A stretch of 64,000 nt of DNA. Source: Bigelowiella natans CCMP2755 (taxonomy: Eukaryota > Protista > Cercozoa). Shown piece by piece: positions 45,101 to 63,401 of this stretch; position 1 is the stretch's first letter, and the number at the start of each line of letters is the position of its first letter. The notes under the pieces are model-generated. The model was not told the DNA's origin, made no database searches, and was given only the letters and a program-made list of their open reading frames with translations. The DNA is taken from positions 1-64,000 of the forward strand of contig ADNK01002488.1 in assembly GCA_000320545.1 (NCBI GenBank), in the 5' to 3' direction. A program made the translations under genes and the position numbers.

Positions 45101-48100
45101 GGTGCCAGGGAATAAACAACCTCAACGAGGTCTGGGATACCAGCGAAGGCCAGTGCCTCGTGCTGATGGAGACGAAATTCGACAAGGTGTTCGAGAAGAT
45201 CGACCTGACCTTGCTGAACCGTCTGTTGAGGCTCATCCTTGATCACAACATTGCTGATTACATCACCGGCAAGAACAACGTGGTGATCAACTACAAGGAT
45301 ATGAACCACACGAATTCATACGGTCTCATCCGTGGATTGCAATTTGCGACATTTATTTTCCAATTCTATGGCCTGGTGCTTGACCTTCTCGTCTTGGGCC
45401 TGACACGAGCTTCAGAAATAGCTGGGCCCCCTGAATCTCCCAACGACTTCCTTACTTTCAAGGATACCAAATCAGAGACAAAGCACCCCATTCGTCTGTA
45501 CTGCCGTTACGTCGAGGAGTTCTACATGGTGCTCCAATTCGACGCTGAAGAGGCAAAAGAATTGATTCAAAGATACCTCACCGAGAACCCTGATCCTAAC
45601 AATGAGAATATTGTTGGTTACAATAATAAGAAGTGCTGGCCAAGAGACTGCAGGTAGGCTCCTTACCACACTGAATCCATTAAAATCGAATATCTTTTTA
45701 GCACGAAAACTGATAAAATTTTATCTTAATTAAAAATTTAAATGAACTGATCCTTCCTTTCTCCTACTTTCCCGCTCTTTGTGCCCCTCTTCCTTGTTTA
45801 CAGAATGAGACTAATGAAACATGACGTCAACCTTGGTCGCGGAGTGTTCTGGGACATCAAAAATAGGCTGCCGAGATCCATTACTTCAATTAATTGGGAT
45901 GATTCTTTCGTCAGTGTGTACAGCAGAGACAATCCAAACCTCCTCTTCAACATGAGTGGTTTTGATGTGCGCATTCTTCCAAAGGTGAGAATGGTGCAGG
46001 AAGAGTTCTCTATAACTGACGGTACGTGGAATCTCCAAAACGAAAGTACCAAAGAGCGAACTGCTGTGGCATATCTTCGAGTCGATCAAGCAGCAATTGA
46101 AAAGTTCAACAATCGTGTCCGGCAGATCCTCATGTCTTCAGGAGCCACCACTTTCACAAAGATTGCGAATAAATGGAACACATGCGTTATTGGATTAATG
46201 ACGTACTTCAGAGAGGCCGCGATCCATACAAGAGAGTTGCTCGACTTGCTTGTCAAGTGCGAGAATAAAATCCAGACTCGTATAAAGATCGGGTTGAACT
46301 CGAAGATGCCCAGTCGTTTCCCCCCCGTGGTGTTCTATACGCCCAAAGAATTAGGCGGGTTGGGGATGATATCTATGGGGCACGTACTTATACCTCAGAG
46401 TGACAGGAGATGGTCAAAGCAGACTAGCACTGGAATCACCCATTTCCGCTCTGGTATGAGCCACGATGATGGGCAGCTGATCCCTAACCTTTACCGATAC
46501 ATCCAACCGTGGGAATCCGAGTTCATAGACTCGCAACGCGTCTGGGCTGAATACGCACTGAAACGCTCAGAAGCGAACGCGCAGAACCGCCGGCTGACCC
46601 TGGAGGACCTCGAGGATTCGTGGGACCGCGGAATCCCCCGCATAAACACGTTGTTCCAGAAAGACAGGCACACCCTGGCTTACGACAAGGGCTGGAGGAT
46701 TCGAACGGAGTGGAAGATGTACCAAGTGCTCAGGCAGAACCCGTTCTGGTGGACTCACCAGAGGCACGACGGAAAGCTGTGGAACCTGAACAATTACAGG
46801 ACAGACGTGATCCAAGCTCTCGGTGGTGTGGAGGGTATTCTGGAGCACACCTTGTTCAAGGGTACGTACTTCCCAACGTGGGAGGGTCTGTTCTGGGAGA
46901 AGGCTTCCGGCTTTGAGGAGTCGATGAAGTACAAGAAGCTCACGAACGCACAGAGGTCTGGATTGAACCAGATCCCCAACCGTCGGTTCACCCTCTGGTG
47001 GTCTCCGACTATCAACCGTGCGAACGTGTACGTAGGTTTCCAGGTGCAGCTGGATCTCACTGGCATTTTCATGCACGGAAAGATCCCTACGCTCAAGATC
47101 TCCCTCATCCAGATCTTCAGGGCCCACTTGTGGCAGAAGATTCACGAGAGTGTGGTGATGGACCTCTGCCAAGTCTTCGATCAAGAGCTGGATGCGCTTC
47201 TGATCGAAACGGTGCAGAAGGAGACCATCCACCCGCGCAAGTCCTACAAGATGAACAGTTCCTGCGCAGATATCCTGCTGTTCGCATCGTACAAATGGCC
47301 GATCACCCGCCCGTCCCTGCTGAACGACACAAACGATTCAGACGATGGAAATACCTCGACCAAGTTCTGGCTCGACGTTCAGCTTCGGTGGGGAGACTAC
47401 GATTCCCACGATATCGAACGTTACGTCAGGGCTAAATTCCTGGATTACACTACAGACAGTATGTCTCTATATCCCTCACCCACGGGATGCTTGATCGGCA
47501 TCGATCTCGCATATAACATTTACAGTTCGTTCGGAAACTGGTTCCCCGGCTGCAAGGCCCTGCTCCAACAGGCCATGGCCAAGATCATCAAGGCTAACCC
47601 AGCGTTGTATGTGTTGCGGGAGCGCATTCGCAAGGGACTGCAGCTGTACAGTTCCGAGCCCACGGAACCTTACCTGAACTCGCAGAACTACGGGGAGCTG
47701 TTCAGCAACCAAGTGATCTGGTTCGTGGATGACTCCAACGTCTACCGAGTCACCATCCATAAGTCCTTCGAAGGAAACCTGGTCACGAAACCGATCAACG
47801 GAGCCATTTTCATCTTCAACCCCCGGACGGGCCAACTCTTCCTCAAGATCATTCACACCTCCGTTTGGGCCGGGCAAAAGCGTCTGACGCAGCTCGCCAA
47901 GTGGAAAACTGCCGAGGAAGTCTGCGCGTTGATCCGTGCGCTCCCCGCTGAGGAGCAGCCGAAGCAGATCATCGTGTCCAGGAAAGGGTTGTTAGACCCT
48001 CTCGAGGTCCACTTGCTCGACTTCCCTAACATCGTGATCAAGGGAAGCGAGCTCCAGCTGCCATTCCAATCTTGCCTGAAGATCGAGAAATTTGGTGATC

Positions 48101-49392
48101 TGATCTTGAAAGCAACCTCGCCGCAGATGGTCCTCTTCAACCTCTATGACGACTGGCTCAAGGCGATCGCCTCCTACACCGCATTCTCACGTCTGATCCT
48201 CATTCTGCGCGCGCTCCACATTAACAATGACCGAACGAAAGCGCTCTTGAGGCCTGACAAGACGACTATCACTGAGACGCACAACGTGTGGCCTTCGCTC
48301 ACCGATGACCAGTGGGTGAAGGTGGAGGTGAACCTCAAAAACCTTATTCTGGCCGACTACGGCAAGAAGAATAACGTCAATGTTCAGTCTTTAACTCAAT
48401 CCGAAATTCGTGACATCATCCTCGGTGCCGAGATTACGCCACCGTCGCAACAGCGTCAAGAAATGGAGGAGATAGAGAAGAACGCCAAGGAGGAGTCGCA
48501 GTCGATTGCAATCACAACCCGTGCCACAAACAAGCATGGGGATTCCATGCTAATTACCACTACCAGCCAGTATGAGCAGAAGACTTTCTCTTCGAAAACA
48601 GATTGGCGAGTGCGTGCCATCTCGGCAACAAACCTGTACTTGAGAACCAACCACATCTATGTGTCATCTGACGATGTGGATGAGTCTGGGTTCACGTATG
48701 TCATGCCGAAGAATATCCTCAAAAAGTTCATCTGTATCTCGGATCTAAGAACGCAAATTGCGGGTTTCATGTACGGTGTCAGTCCTCCTGACCACTCTCA
48801 AGTGAAGGAGATCCGATGCTTGGTGCTCCCCCCTCAATGGGGAACGCATCAGCAAGTGACTCTACCTCATGAGCTCCCAGAACATCACTACCTCAAAGAC
48901 CTTGAGCCACTAGGATGGATCCATACACAACCGAACGAGCTTCCTCAATTGGCCCCCCAGGACGTGACAGCTATGTCAAAGATCTTCTCAGATAACCCAA
49001 GCTGGGATATGAAGAAGTGCATCACGGTCACATGCTCATTCACACCTGGTTCGTGCTCCCTGACCGCCTACAAGCTGACGAGCTCTGGCTTAGAGTGGGG
49101 TCGCCAGTGCAAGGACCCTCTCCAGAATCCTCAAGGCTATTTGCCAACGCACTACAAAAGGGTTCAGATGTTGCTCTCGGACAACTTCTTGGGCTTCTTC
49201 ATGACTCCTGACACTGGTTCGTGGAATTATAATTTCATGGGTATGAAGCACTCGACAAATATGAAGTACGGCCTTAAAGTTGAGAATCCGAAAGAATTCT
49301 ATCACGAGACTCATCGAACCTCGCATTTCCTCAAGTTTTCGTCGGAGGAGCAGGCAGGAGAAGGCGCTGATCGTGAGGATATGTTCGCTTAG
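42106..49392 (+). CDS. PRPF8: Pre-mRNA splicing factor PRP8 (exons 42106-42396, 42457-44125, 44237-45653, 45804-49392; possible extra 5' exon from 41762)
   Basis: Highly conserved throughout: [53 protein letters not shown], RNase H-like and Jab1/MPN domains, C-terminal DREDMFA. No intein. Confidence 0.99.
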
Positions 49393-49499
49393 AATTACTG
49401 TTCGAGTCGTAATTGTAAAGATGTGCCTTTGTATAATTTCGACAACATCTCTATTTGTCACGAAATTTATCGAATAGAAATCAGATGGACACACAATTA

Positions 49500-50200
49500 T
49501 GTTCGCGTGCTAGACATGCTGCTGACTCATTTTTGACGCCTGCTCCTGTGCACAAGCCCACAATTGCGTACATCCATCATGCATGTGCGTTGCATTGTGT
49601 TGTTGAAATGCGCGTGCTGCTTTTTCTGTGCTGAAACGGACAAATGCAACTTGAACGCTGTGACCACTGCTTTGTAAAGCTGCATTGCGATGCGATGACA
49701 ACTGAACAAATTCAATCATTTGTGTTTGTCATTTGTCATTCTAGCATTCTAGCATTGCATGCATTCGTCCCATTCTAGCATTTCCCATCCAGTCATCTCC
49801 ACTAGCTAGCTAGCTAGCCAGTCCAGGCTAGCAGGTGTCCAGGTCTCCAGATCTGCTAGCTAGCTGCTAGCTAGTCTGTTCAGTCAAAGAAAGGAAAAAG
49901 AATGTGTCAATCTAGTGATGTGACATTTTCACAAACTGAATTAGACTTGCATCCAAAGCCATTGAAATTGCAATCTAGCAGATGAGTTGGTGAGGCTTTC
50001 AGCATTGACATCAATCATTGATGGCCAAGCTAGCCAGTCTAGAAGTGTGTGCGTGCGTTGCTGCAATGATCTCTCTAGCTCTGGACCTCTCACTCTCACG
50101 CTAGCACGTCCAAGCAACCCCAGCTCTCTAGCTCTGCAGCTAGCCCTGGAGCCAGCCAGCGGTGCGTGGGTCTGCATCCAGGCACCCGCACTGCGCTCAC
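49500..50200. other. CTAG-rich spacer 7 (3' of PRP8)
   Basis: ACTAGCTAGCTAGCTAGCC at about 49801, GCTAGCTAGCTGCTAGCTAGT, repeated ATTCTAGC. Confidence 0.75.
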
Positions 50201-50433
50201 TCGAAGCAGCAATTTTGGAAACAAATCAAGGATCTTTTCACTCTGTGACATCTCATCTCTGTTGTCGCGCAAAGTAGTGCGTCTTGACTACCTGAAGAAA
50301 AAGAGGGAAATCGCCCTCCATTCCACTCGTGTGTAGCACATCGGAGCTTCGTGACAAAAGTAAGGAAACTTAGTGCCTTGTGTGAGCACCCAGTTGCAAC
50401 CGGCAGGATCCCACTCGGTATTTCACTAATAGA

Positions 50434-51772
50434 ATGAACATGGCTCTTGCCGCCATTGTTCTCTGTGCACAGCTTGTCAGCGCAGTGGTGCACCCACAGA
50501 ATGACGGCCAAGAATCTCTACACATTCTTCAAGCGGTTACCCCTAATTGCCCTAATGAACCTGATGATGATACCTGATAATGAAATCTAGGAGACGTGAA
50601 GCTTGCTTTTTTAATCAGGTCTTTGGGTCTGACAACAGCACGAGCAACGTGGAGAGAAATTGGTTCAGAGAAATGTATGTTCCCTCGGACATGCCAGAGG
50701 GATCTTATCTATCAATTAAGCCGAACCCAATAATTGAATTCGATGCCAGTATACCGGATAACGTAGACAATCTCTTTAACACGGAAAAGGTTTGCCACTA
50801 ATGTAGTCATGTTGTCATGTTCGTCGCAATGATGTTTTGTGGCTGCAGATGCAGTGGCACAAAAAGATGGAGTGTTACGTGCTGTAATGATAGTACAACG
50901 ACACTGGCTACTAAAGATTTGACATAGGAGTAGCAGAGATGATATTCACCATTGGCACACCATTTCAGCACACAGCCGGGTAATTCTCATTTTCAAATAA
51001 TCACCAGGAATTACAAAGCGTCCTAATCATACAAATTGAGACACGTCATGAGGGCTTCCTTGAAAGTGGAAAGAAGATCAATAAAATGTATGCAGACAAA
51101 CAGAGAGGCGTAAGCTACAGGAGTACTTCAAGATTTACCCAGGAAGCCTTCGCCGAACTTCCTCCATACTGGGCTAAGGTCAAAATTATGCTCGAGGAAG
51201 CAAAAGCTTCGACACACGATTTCGTGGTTTGGTTGGATGGTGATGCTGTGGTGGCTGAACATTCCCGACGATTTGACCGATTGAGGTACTTTGACGACGA
51301 GAAGACGGTAATGGTGGTTGGTAAGGATAATGCTATGTGGTACGACCCGGAGAAGAGTGATATGCTTTGCTCCGGAGTGTGGGTCGTCAGAAACAATGAG
51401 AACGGCAAGGCGTTTCTTCAGAAGTGGTGGGACAAATATGAGCAAATAAAATCTCGGTGGGAGTTTAACCAAACAACTGGGAACTGGGCATGCGATAAAT
51501 GTAAATGGGCTGGGCATGAATTTGAGCAGGGGGCATTGAACGAATTATATCGTGATGGGGGGAAGAGGGATGGTATCATGCACAATGCTCCGTGGTACCT
51601 GTTTAACAATCGTCTCACAAAAGCAATTGGAAACTCTGCTCTAGCGAACTCGCCTCGTGCAAGGCGATGGAACGAACAGGACCCCCAGTTTGTTTGTCAT
51701 TTTGCAGGAATGACATCAAAGAACAGAGAACTAGGAATGAAAGAAGTTTTGAAACACGTAAATAACTCATAG
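50434..51772 (+). CDS. GT34-like (MNN10/GMA12-type) glycosyltransferase with a signal peptide or anchor
   Basis: MNMALAAIVLCAQLVSA signal. Last exon has NKMYADK..Y..PYWAKVK..DFVVWLDGDAVV (DxD), LCSGVWVVRN..FLQKWW, FEQGAL, FN..FVCHFAG. 5' exon joins are approximate. Confidence 0.75.
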
Positions 51773-51889
51773 CACATAGCCATTGATTATGGCCATGATG
51801 TGAGATTCATCAATGACCTTTGTAGCTTTGTGGTTGACTGAGGTTTGATGGCATTCGACTGTAGCTTTAAAACGAGCAGTTCTCGACGC

Positions 51890-52450
51890 ATTGCTCCCGC
51901 ATCGTGTCAGCAGCGCGCGCATCTAGGCATGATGAAAACGCATCCGAATGAAGGATGCTGGTGCTGAAGTGACACAAGCCTTGCTAGCTTGACAAGTTGA
52001 AGCGGCTATCTCTAGCTAGCTAGCTAGCTGGATCTAGCCATGATGCTAAAAATTTTCCATTGTCCTCCAAACAGATGTCATACCTTGACATGTCGCTTCT
52101 CATGGTTCATTTGTGCGTCTAGGCGTGCTAGCGTGCCAACATGCTAGCATGCTAGCATGGCTAGATGGCTAATTTCCAGTCATGTTCACATGTTTGTGAA
52201 ATCGACGCGTTCATTCATCATGCATGATCAGATCGAACAATCATGCGTGACTGATTGCTAGCTAGTCATCTAGCTTTGGCCTGCATTTTCAACGGTTCAT
52301 TGACACAAAGCTGGCTGGTCTAATGGAGGTCATGAAGACGACCAGTCTAGCAGTGCAATGTGAGTGCAAAACTAGAAAAATGCATCAGCTAGAAATGGTC
52401 TCCTCACTAGCTCAGCTCATGTCAATTTGTCACCCAGGACACAACAACGT
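51890..52450. other. CTAG/CATG-rich tail-to-tail spacer 8
   Basis: TCTAGCTAGCTAGCTAGCTGG at about 52011 and ATGCTAGCATGCTAGCATGGCTAG. Confidence 0.75.
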
Positions 52451-52845
52451 GAAACCCCGCGACTAAGCTCACGGTGATCTAAAATGGAAGTTCCCGCCGC
52501 AGATCGTAGTGGCACAAAATTAGGCGGCGTGTTGATTTAAATCAGACTTCTTCTAGATTTGCCGGGTTTTCCGTTTCGGAACTATTGAAAGATGTAACGT
52601 CAACGAACCTAACATCGTTTAAGATTTAGAGTCAACGAATGAAACAATGCAAAGGTTGCATGGTATCAGTGTGAGTCTACATTCTGCATTTCTTTATTCC
52701 ATATATGACGACTAATGATTTTATGTTGTTGTTGTTGTTGTTGTTATTGTTTTATCGTCCTCACATCCTCGGAGGCACGCTTTACTGCCTTCAGCCGTGT
52801 ATTCGTACTTAAATTTCTTGGTTTCGTGTGCCGTCCTAAAAGTTA

Positions 52846-56410
<3,565 letters not shown>

Positions 56411-56789
56411 CGTATCGTCACATGCCGTTGCAGATCGATCCCCTTATAATTTTTTATTCTGCCCTCGGGATGATTTAATGAATGGCGCAGTCTAGAGATT
56501 CGACAGAGAACATCTGCATTCAGCAATTCAAATCAAATCAATGGGATTGCTATGATCAGGATAGTGCCCCCTCTGGGTTATCATCCTCAATTTTTAGAGT
56601 TAGTTCAATTATAATGTCTCTTTCATCTAGTGGATCTGAATTCCACTACATCTACGCAGAGCAGTTCCTATGAAGAAGGATTCTAATAAGACTAGGGCGG
56701 CATTCCACATTATTCGGCCTTCAAAGAATTAGACGTTAACATGTCTGATGTCACTTATTAGTAGTGCACGTGTTTCACGTGTCTTTGGA

Positions 56790-57060
56790 AAGATGCACAA
56801 CCACGCTAGCACGCGACGAGCGCAGCATGCAAGCTAGCAAGCGCAGAATGTCTAGCTGGAAGTCTAGTAGAAGTGTTGCCAGTTGCCAGGTTGCATCACA
56901 TTTCGCTGAAGAGTGACATATTTGGAGATACGGCTAGTACGTGAATTACTATCACAATTTAGATATTTATTTGTATGTGCAGTCATAAGTTGCGCAATTG
57001 CGTTACATCACTGCTTAACATGTCTAGATATACTGGAAGCATGCCGATTTGCTCGTGCTA
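56790..57060. other. CTAG/CATG-rich spacer 9
   Basis: GCTAGC, GCATGCAAGCTAGC, TCTAGC, TCTAGT and ACATGTCTAGA clustered immediately 3' of the next minus-strand gene. Confidence 0.55.
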
Positions 57061-57126
57061 TAATGATTTTTTCAGTAAACTTCATAACTACGTTATGCAG
57101 CATAAAACGCGACGTCATCGCCCTGG

Positions 57127-57498
57127 CTATAGGTTTCGTATGCCGTAATTTACCAATTGCGTATAAAGCCTCCATGAGAAATGAGGAATCTCGAACAATA
57201 TCTTTCTCGAGCTATTAGCACCAGAGGTCATCCCCAACCGTCGTTGTTTCTCCGCGTCAAGACAGACTCCCTCGCCGTTGATCAAAACATGACCAAGTGA
57301 CATGGCTATATCGGGGAAAATTGATAACAAACAGTTTTCTAATGGTTCCACAGGTAGCTCTCGTGACGCCTGAGATATTATATTTGTCCCGTGTGAAAAG
57401 AGGAATGGAGTCGAAACTGTAACCCTAGTAACATCTTCTATGTATTGCTAGAATGGTCTGTGCACACATACAAGACAATACACACGTTCACTTACACG

Positions 57499-57543
<45 letters not shown>

Positions 57544-58109
57544 TTCTGTATTGATTGCGTCCGTGGTGAGATAGACAAATAAACATACTACTTACTACTA
57601 CCCAGTATCGAAGAACAAGAGGCAGTATACGTGCCTGCTGGGTCCTTGTCATCTTGCGTACTTTAGTTTCTACCCATTTCAGCACCTAAATGCACACGAT
57701 TGTTATTGGAGTTGATCAGAAAAATTGAGGAGTGAATCGCTTCAACAAGCCACTTTGATTTTTGTCATCAAAGGGCATCGTTCCATGCGAGGAAAGGACG
57801 AAAGGATGGGCGTTAGTCTTGTTGGTAAGAAATACCGTCGCATCGCTTGTACGTTGGCTGTGTAAACGGCACTCTATCGCCTACATAGATAAGAAAGTAT
57901 TACACGCATTGTGACTAACCCACGACTAGAGTTTTCATCATATACAAATGCACAGAAAGGCTGTCCTTGTATGCACGCATAGAGAGTTTATATACACGTG
58001 CAATATTGCGTACGCACCGACCTAAAAAACAAGGTGGTGCAGCGTATGTTGGCGTTGTAACGGTTGCATCATGGATGCGGTTTTTGCTAGCACAAGAACG
58101 GAACACACA

Positions 58110-58166
<57 letters not shown>

Positions 58167-59267
58167 AGAAACCTCAGGCCATCGTTGCTGTGCTTCATAT
58201 ATCACGCTGGCTGCCTCGTAATTCTCCCAATCCAAGGCCCTGCAAGGGCAGGTGAAGATACCATGAAAAAGGAGGAGGGAGGAAAGAAGATATCAGTCCG
58301 CAACCATAGCGAGCAGCCCAAACGGCAGCACGGCACGATTCTCCAAGATACCGTCGGTGATGGTAGAGCAGACAGCAAACAGCAAACAGCGAACAGCAAA
58401 ACGATTGTTCTTCGCTACCCTACCACCATACACTACTACTTAACACTGCTAATAATAATACGAAATAGGACGCTGCTACTTTCGACTCATCGGCGCTTCT
58501 TATTCATACCATTTCCTACGGCTACTTACCTATACAAAACGGTCGCGTTGTCATATTCATCGATTCGCCTGCGGATGTGTGCCTCGAGAATCTCCTGATC
58601 AAAGGGCATTGCTTTCTCATCACCGTCGTCGCCATCATAAGACGATCTTTGCGTACCTGCCCTTGTTGGTACTGGAGGCGAGCATTCTGACCATCGTCGT
58701 CATCTTCATCAACGATGCCGTCAATATGATGATGATGATGATGATGATGATGATCTAGGAGAAGCTGTGAATCCAGGTTTCGCCTCTACCATATCGCAAC
58801 AACAAACACAGCAACGAGCAACGAAACAGGGGGCTGCTCAGTATCTTTTACTTGAGAGTCACTCGAGTCAGTATCTTGCATGTTTTGCGAAAAATCGCCT
58901 CTGATGAAGAATCTGGCAAAAAGGCAAACTAAACATGCCCGGCACCTGCCTCTCCTCCTCCTCCTCCTCCTCCTCCTCTCTTCATTCTTATTTCATTTGT
59001 GTAGTGTGCTCTACGGTTCTATTCGACGCACACCTCTCGCACTTGTTCTTCTTCTTCTTCTTCAGAGACCGCGTCCTTCCAACGAAGATGCCTTGGTTTG
59101 TGCATGTTATGCATATTTAGACCATAGGTGTGACTAGCTTAAGCCGGCACAGGAGGGAGAAAGGGAGAGGGGGGATTAGATGTTTGATCTGACTGTAATC
59201 TGAGAAGAGTTACGAGGAACAACGTAGTGATTTCGCCTTCTAAGCCTGACCCCTGTTAGTTATCAGG

Positions 59268-59304
<37 letters not shown>

Positions 59305-59774
59305 GTATGATACGTGGCCACAAGTGATCTCTCTTCTTCTCTTTCACGGTGTTCATTTTGTCATGTCATATTCGCAATGGCTTTCAAAGCTTCGCCTCAT
59401 TCCTTCGGTGGTCCTTTTCACCGTAGTGTGTGGTGGTGGATAGATGGTGCGGGATGATGAGATGTTGTGATAACTAGGAAACCGCTCCGAGCGCCACTTA
59501 CTCGAAATCGCTTCTTATTCGCCGTGAAGCTTGGGTTTAAGAAATCGGCCTAATACCGGATTTATACCAATGATGATGAAAATGATGATGATGATGATGG
59601 TGGTGGTGACGGTGGTGATGATGATGATGATGATGATGATGATGACGCCATGTGATGATGAGCGAGCCCATATTCCTTCCGACTCTCTTCGATTCACAAC
59701 TCATTATTAGCAGCAAACACACATCATCTAGACGTACCAATCTAGACAGCCAGGCTTGATCTAATGCCGCCACC

Positions 59775-59810
<36 letters not shown>

Positions 59811-61163
59811 ATTACTATTGTTGTGCACGGACATACAGTATCTACATATTGATAAATAATTATCATAATTACAGAAAGATGAGGCAGGTAGAGACAGGCA
59901 GACAAACATATAAGCCCTCTCTCTCTCCCCCTCTCTCTCTCTCACACACACAGAGAGAGAGAGACAGAGAGAGAGAAAACTAAAGGCGGCATGTTCCCCG
60001 TACCAAAGTCCACAGTACTCTCACGTAGTCTCCGAACGCACACAGAAGGGGGCGTGTTCTTGTCGTCCGGTGCAACAAGTCACCAGCAGCTGACGATGAC
60101 TCCTTCTTCGCGTCATACTGACCATTGTACTTCCTCGCATTTCTACCCTTATTCTGCCTCCCCATTGCCCTTGAGGCGGAGGAAGACTTGCCAGCGGGTG
60201 ACGAGGAGGAAGGGGGGGGGGCAGCGCCAGCCCGATTCGTTTTCCTTTTCCCGCCGTGGCCCCCCCCTCGCCGATCTTCGTCGATGCTGTTGCTCTTGCC
60301 GCTGGAGGCAACGCCTTGGTAGTTACACAAAGCATGTTGGTGTGCGGGTCAAGAGGCGTGCTTGTTTGATGCTGTCTATCATAGTCAGCCGTGGTGATGT
60401 GTGATGCAGCCCACCTGACGGCGACGAGGAGAAAAGCAGGTCATTCTCCCGATCTTCCCATTCACTGAGCTGCATTTGGATCATCTGGAACTTCTGATGA
60501 GCCGGAAGAGACCGGAAGATGGCTCCCCCCTGCAGGCAGGTAGGCAATCAAACAGACGATGATTTTAAGCTTTGATTTAAAATAACAATCAGAAGATTAA
60601 ATAATCCGATAACGCGCGGATTCTACGACTGAATCATCGCAATCTCCACCACAATTCACGGAGTCCTTAACGAGTCACATTCGTCGCACAGACTTAGTAA
60701 ATGGTACGGCACTCACTACCTCTGTGGTGTGTAGCACCAACGACGTGTAGTCTTTACTGATCAAACTGCCAAAATCCGAGGGGCTGGTATGTCCCAACGG
60801 CGAGGGAAAAGAAGAAGAAGAAGAAGAAGAAGAAGAAGAAGAAGAAGAAGCCAACGTTGGAGAGCAACAAGAATGAGATATTGATTCGATCAAGATTTCC
60901 ACGGCGAAATAACGGAGGCGTAACGACACATACAGAGCAACCCAACACACCAACACACATAATATTTTTGTTTTCTAATAATCCACTACCTGAGATCCAA
61001 GACGGCCTTTTGTGCCATTCTTGCGATACATATGCTGCCAAACAACAGAAAAGGTAGGGGATTGATCACTCATTAAATCATCATGGAGGGAGGGGAGCGG
61101 GGGTGCGCAGGATTTGTTAAAATATCTCTAAATTGAATTCATTCCGTCAGTTGCAAAGGAACG

Positions 61164-61210
<47 letters not shown>

Positions 61211-61489
61211 CGCTCGCTCGCTCCCCGCCCCCTCCCCTCCCATGGCACGCACCGTTTCTGTTCCCTGCAACGGGCAATTTCCAATGCCGCACCGAGGCCG
61301 AAATCCTTGTGATTGATTCACGATTATGACTAGTATGCTCCATCCGCAGCAGCAGCAGCAGCAGCAGCAGGACGCAAGGGATACAACAGCAAAACTAGCT
61401 AACACCATTGAGCAGACAGATGCTTGAATGTCTTTTATACAGTAGCAGTAGCGGCAGTAGCGGCAGCAAGAGCAGCAGTAGTATGTGTT

Positions 61490-61522
<33 letters not shown>

Positions 61523-62050
61523 CCGAAGGCAGCTGTGAGATGAGAGCTGCAACTGCTCGTTTGCATGAGTAGAGGTGGTTGGCATTCACAAATCGGTAGA
61601 GATCCTCCTCCACCTGCTTTGACGAATAGTAGCTTCCGCTGCTACTGCCCACCCCACCAGCAAAGCCTTCCAAGTATAAATACTGATTCTGGAGCAAAAT
61701 CTTCATGGGGGTGTCAGTGCCTCCCTCGCCCCCCCCCCCCTCTTCCTCCTCCTCAGCAGCAGTAGCTGTGGAAGTAATAACGGCGGAACAGGGCGGATAC
61801 AGAATGAATAATACTAGTTCTTTAGGAAAAAAAAGAAGGGGGGGGGGGGGGAAAAAAATTTGGTGGTCACCTAGCTGCTGGTAGAAATGATTGGTGGAAT
61901 ACAGGGAGAGACTTGGGAAAGGGGAGCTCGGCGTGAGTGTCATTTGGTGAACGTAGCATTGAATTACAAGGTCGGAAAGACAATTCAGCTGCCTCTGCAG
62001 GTAGTAAGAACAGAGCATGGAGCAGTAAAAGTAGTAGAAGAAGAGGTTGC

Positions 62051-62086
<36 letters not shown>

Positions 62087-63058
62087 AAGAGTAGTAAGAG
62101 TAAGATTAGCAAAGGAGGAGCACAGCTGTCCGCTGTGAGGATTCTCGTCGATATTGTTTAAGCACAGTTGTTGTTTTTTTAACATGTTTTCTATTACTGC
62201 CTTTTCCTTTTGTATTTATTTATTTATTTATTTATTAAATATGTTATCTATTACTGCTGTCGCGGGAAGAGAAGGGGGCTCTGGTAGCTGTGGCGAGGAA
62301 TACCGACCTCGGTGGGGAAGTGATGAGATTGTTGAATCTCCTAATAAGAAATATAGCAGCAAGCCGTAGAAGATCAACGTCGGTTTTGTTGCGTGTGGAG
62401 ATATCGGAGAACTACCATAACTCCCGTAGTAGTATTGGTAGTAGTCTTGGAAAGTCAAGCTGTGCTTGCTCTTTCTGCTACTGTGAGAAGGCATCGTCAG
62501 CAGCCTCGTCTTCCTCCTTAGCTGCTGCTCGTGATGATGGGAGATGGGGTCGTCGTCGAGCATAATGCCTCCCTCCGCCCCCCCCCTCCCCTTCGGCGGA
62601 AGGGAGGGGTGGTTGTAGGAGTTGCTGTTGCAATGGGAGGGGGGGGGCAAGGCGTGCGGCAGGAGGGACGACGACGAAGACGCTGATGATAACGATGCGA
62701 CATCGGAGGCCGAAGAGGAGGAAACAGCAGCGGGCATGGAGATACTGCTTGTGCTGCTGCTGCCGACGATGATGCTGCTGCCGGAGACCTGGGGAGCTGC
62801 CAATTGGAGAAGGCCTACACTGTCCCTGTGGTATTGGGTTTGTTTTTTTTTTGGTATCCCGACATTTTCCATCCGTTACAACACCACCAACCAACCAACC
62901 AACCAACCACATGCGGCATCATCAATTAACAAATAGGAGGCTGCCTTTCTTCCTTTTGCGGTTATCGGAATGGCACTGCTCATCACGCTCCCGCCACGAC
63001 TCGCACAAGTTGTCGTTGAAGATATCATGACAACGAAAAGACAAGAAATGGCAGGAAA

Positions 63059-63094
<36 letters not shown>

Positions 63095-63239
63095 TCTCCA
63101 CCTTTGTAACAGATGCTGTCCCACTCTCTTAGGGAGCGGCGCTCTCGAAAGCTTGTAGACTTCCAGGGCAGCTTGCCGTGTCTCAAAGCGAGCAAACATC
63201 TTATCCGCTGCAAATATGTCAAAACATAGCATCATCATG

Positions 63240-63277
<38 letters not shown>

Positions 63278-63360
63278 TCTCTCTCTCTCCCTCGCTCTCT
63301 CTCGCTCTTTCTCATCACCCCCTTCATCGCCCCACATAAACATATTCTCCACGCTGCGCG

Positions 63361-63401
<41 letters not shown>

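Noticed and set aside
45804-49392. PRP8 intein
   Set aside because: The known insertion region ([17 protein letters not shown]) is contiguous and the protein is of normal length.
43105-49494. Long antisense/alternative-frame ORFs over PRP8
   Set aside because: Shadow ORFs from codon bias in a highly conserved gene.
60754-62400. ELYS-like call from GLLLYFLL and GFWQFD
   Set aside because: GFWQFD is in a frame that stops almost immediately; evidence is insufficient to name the gene.
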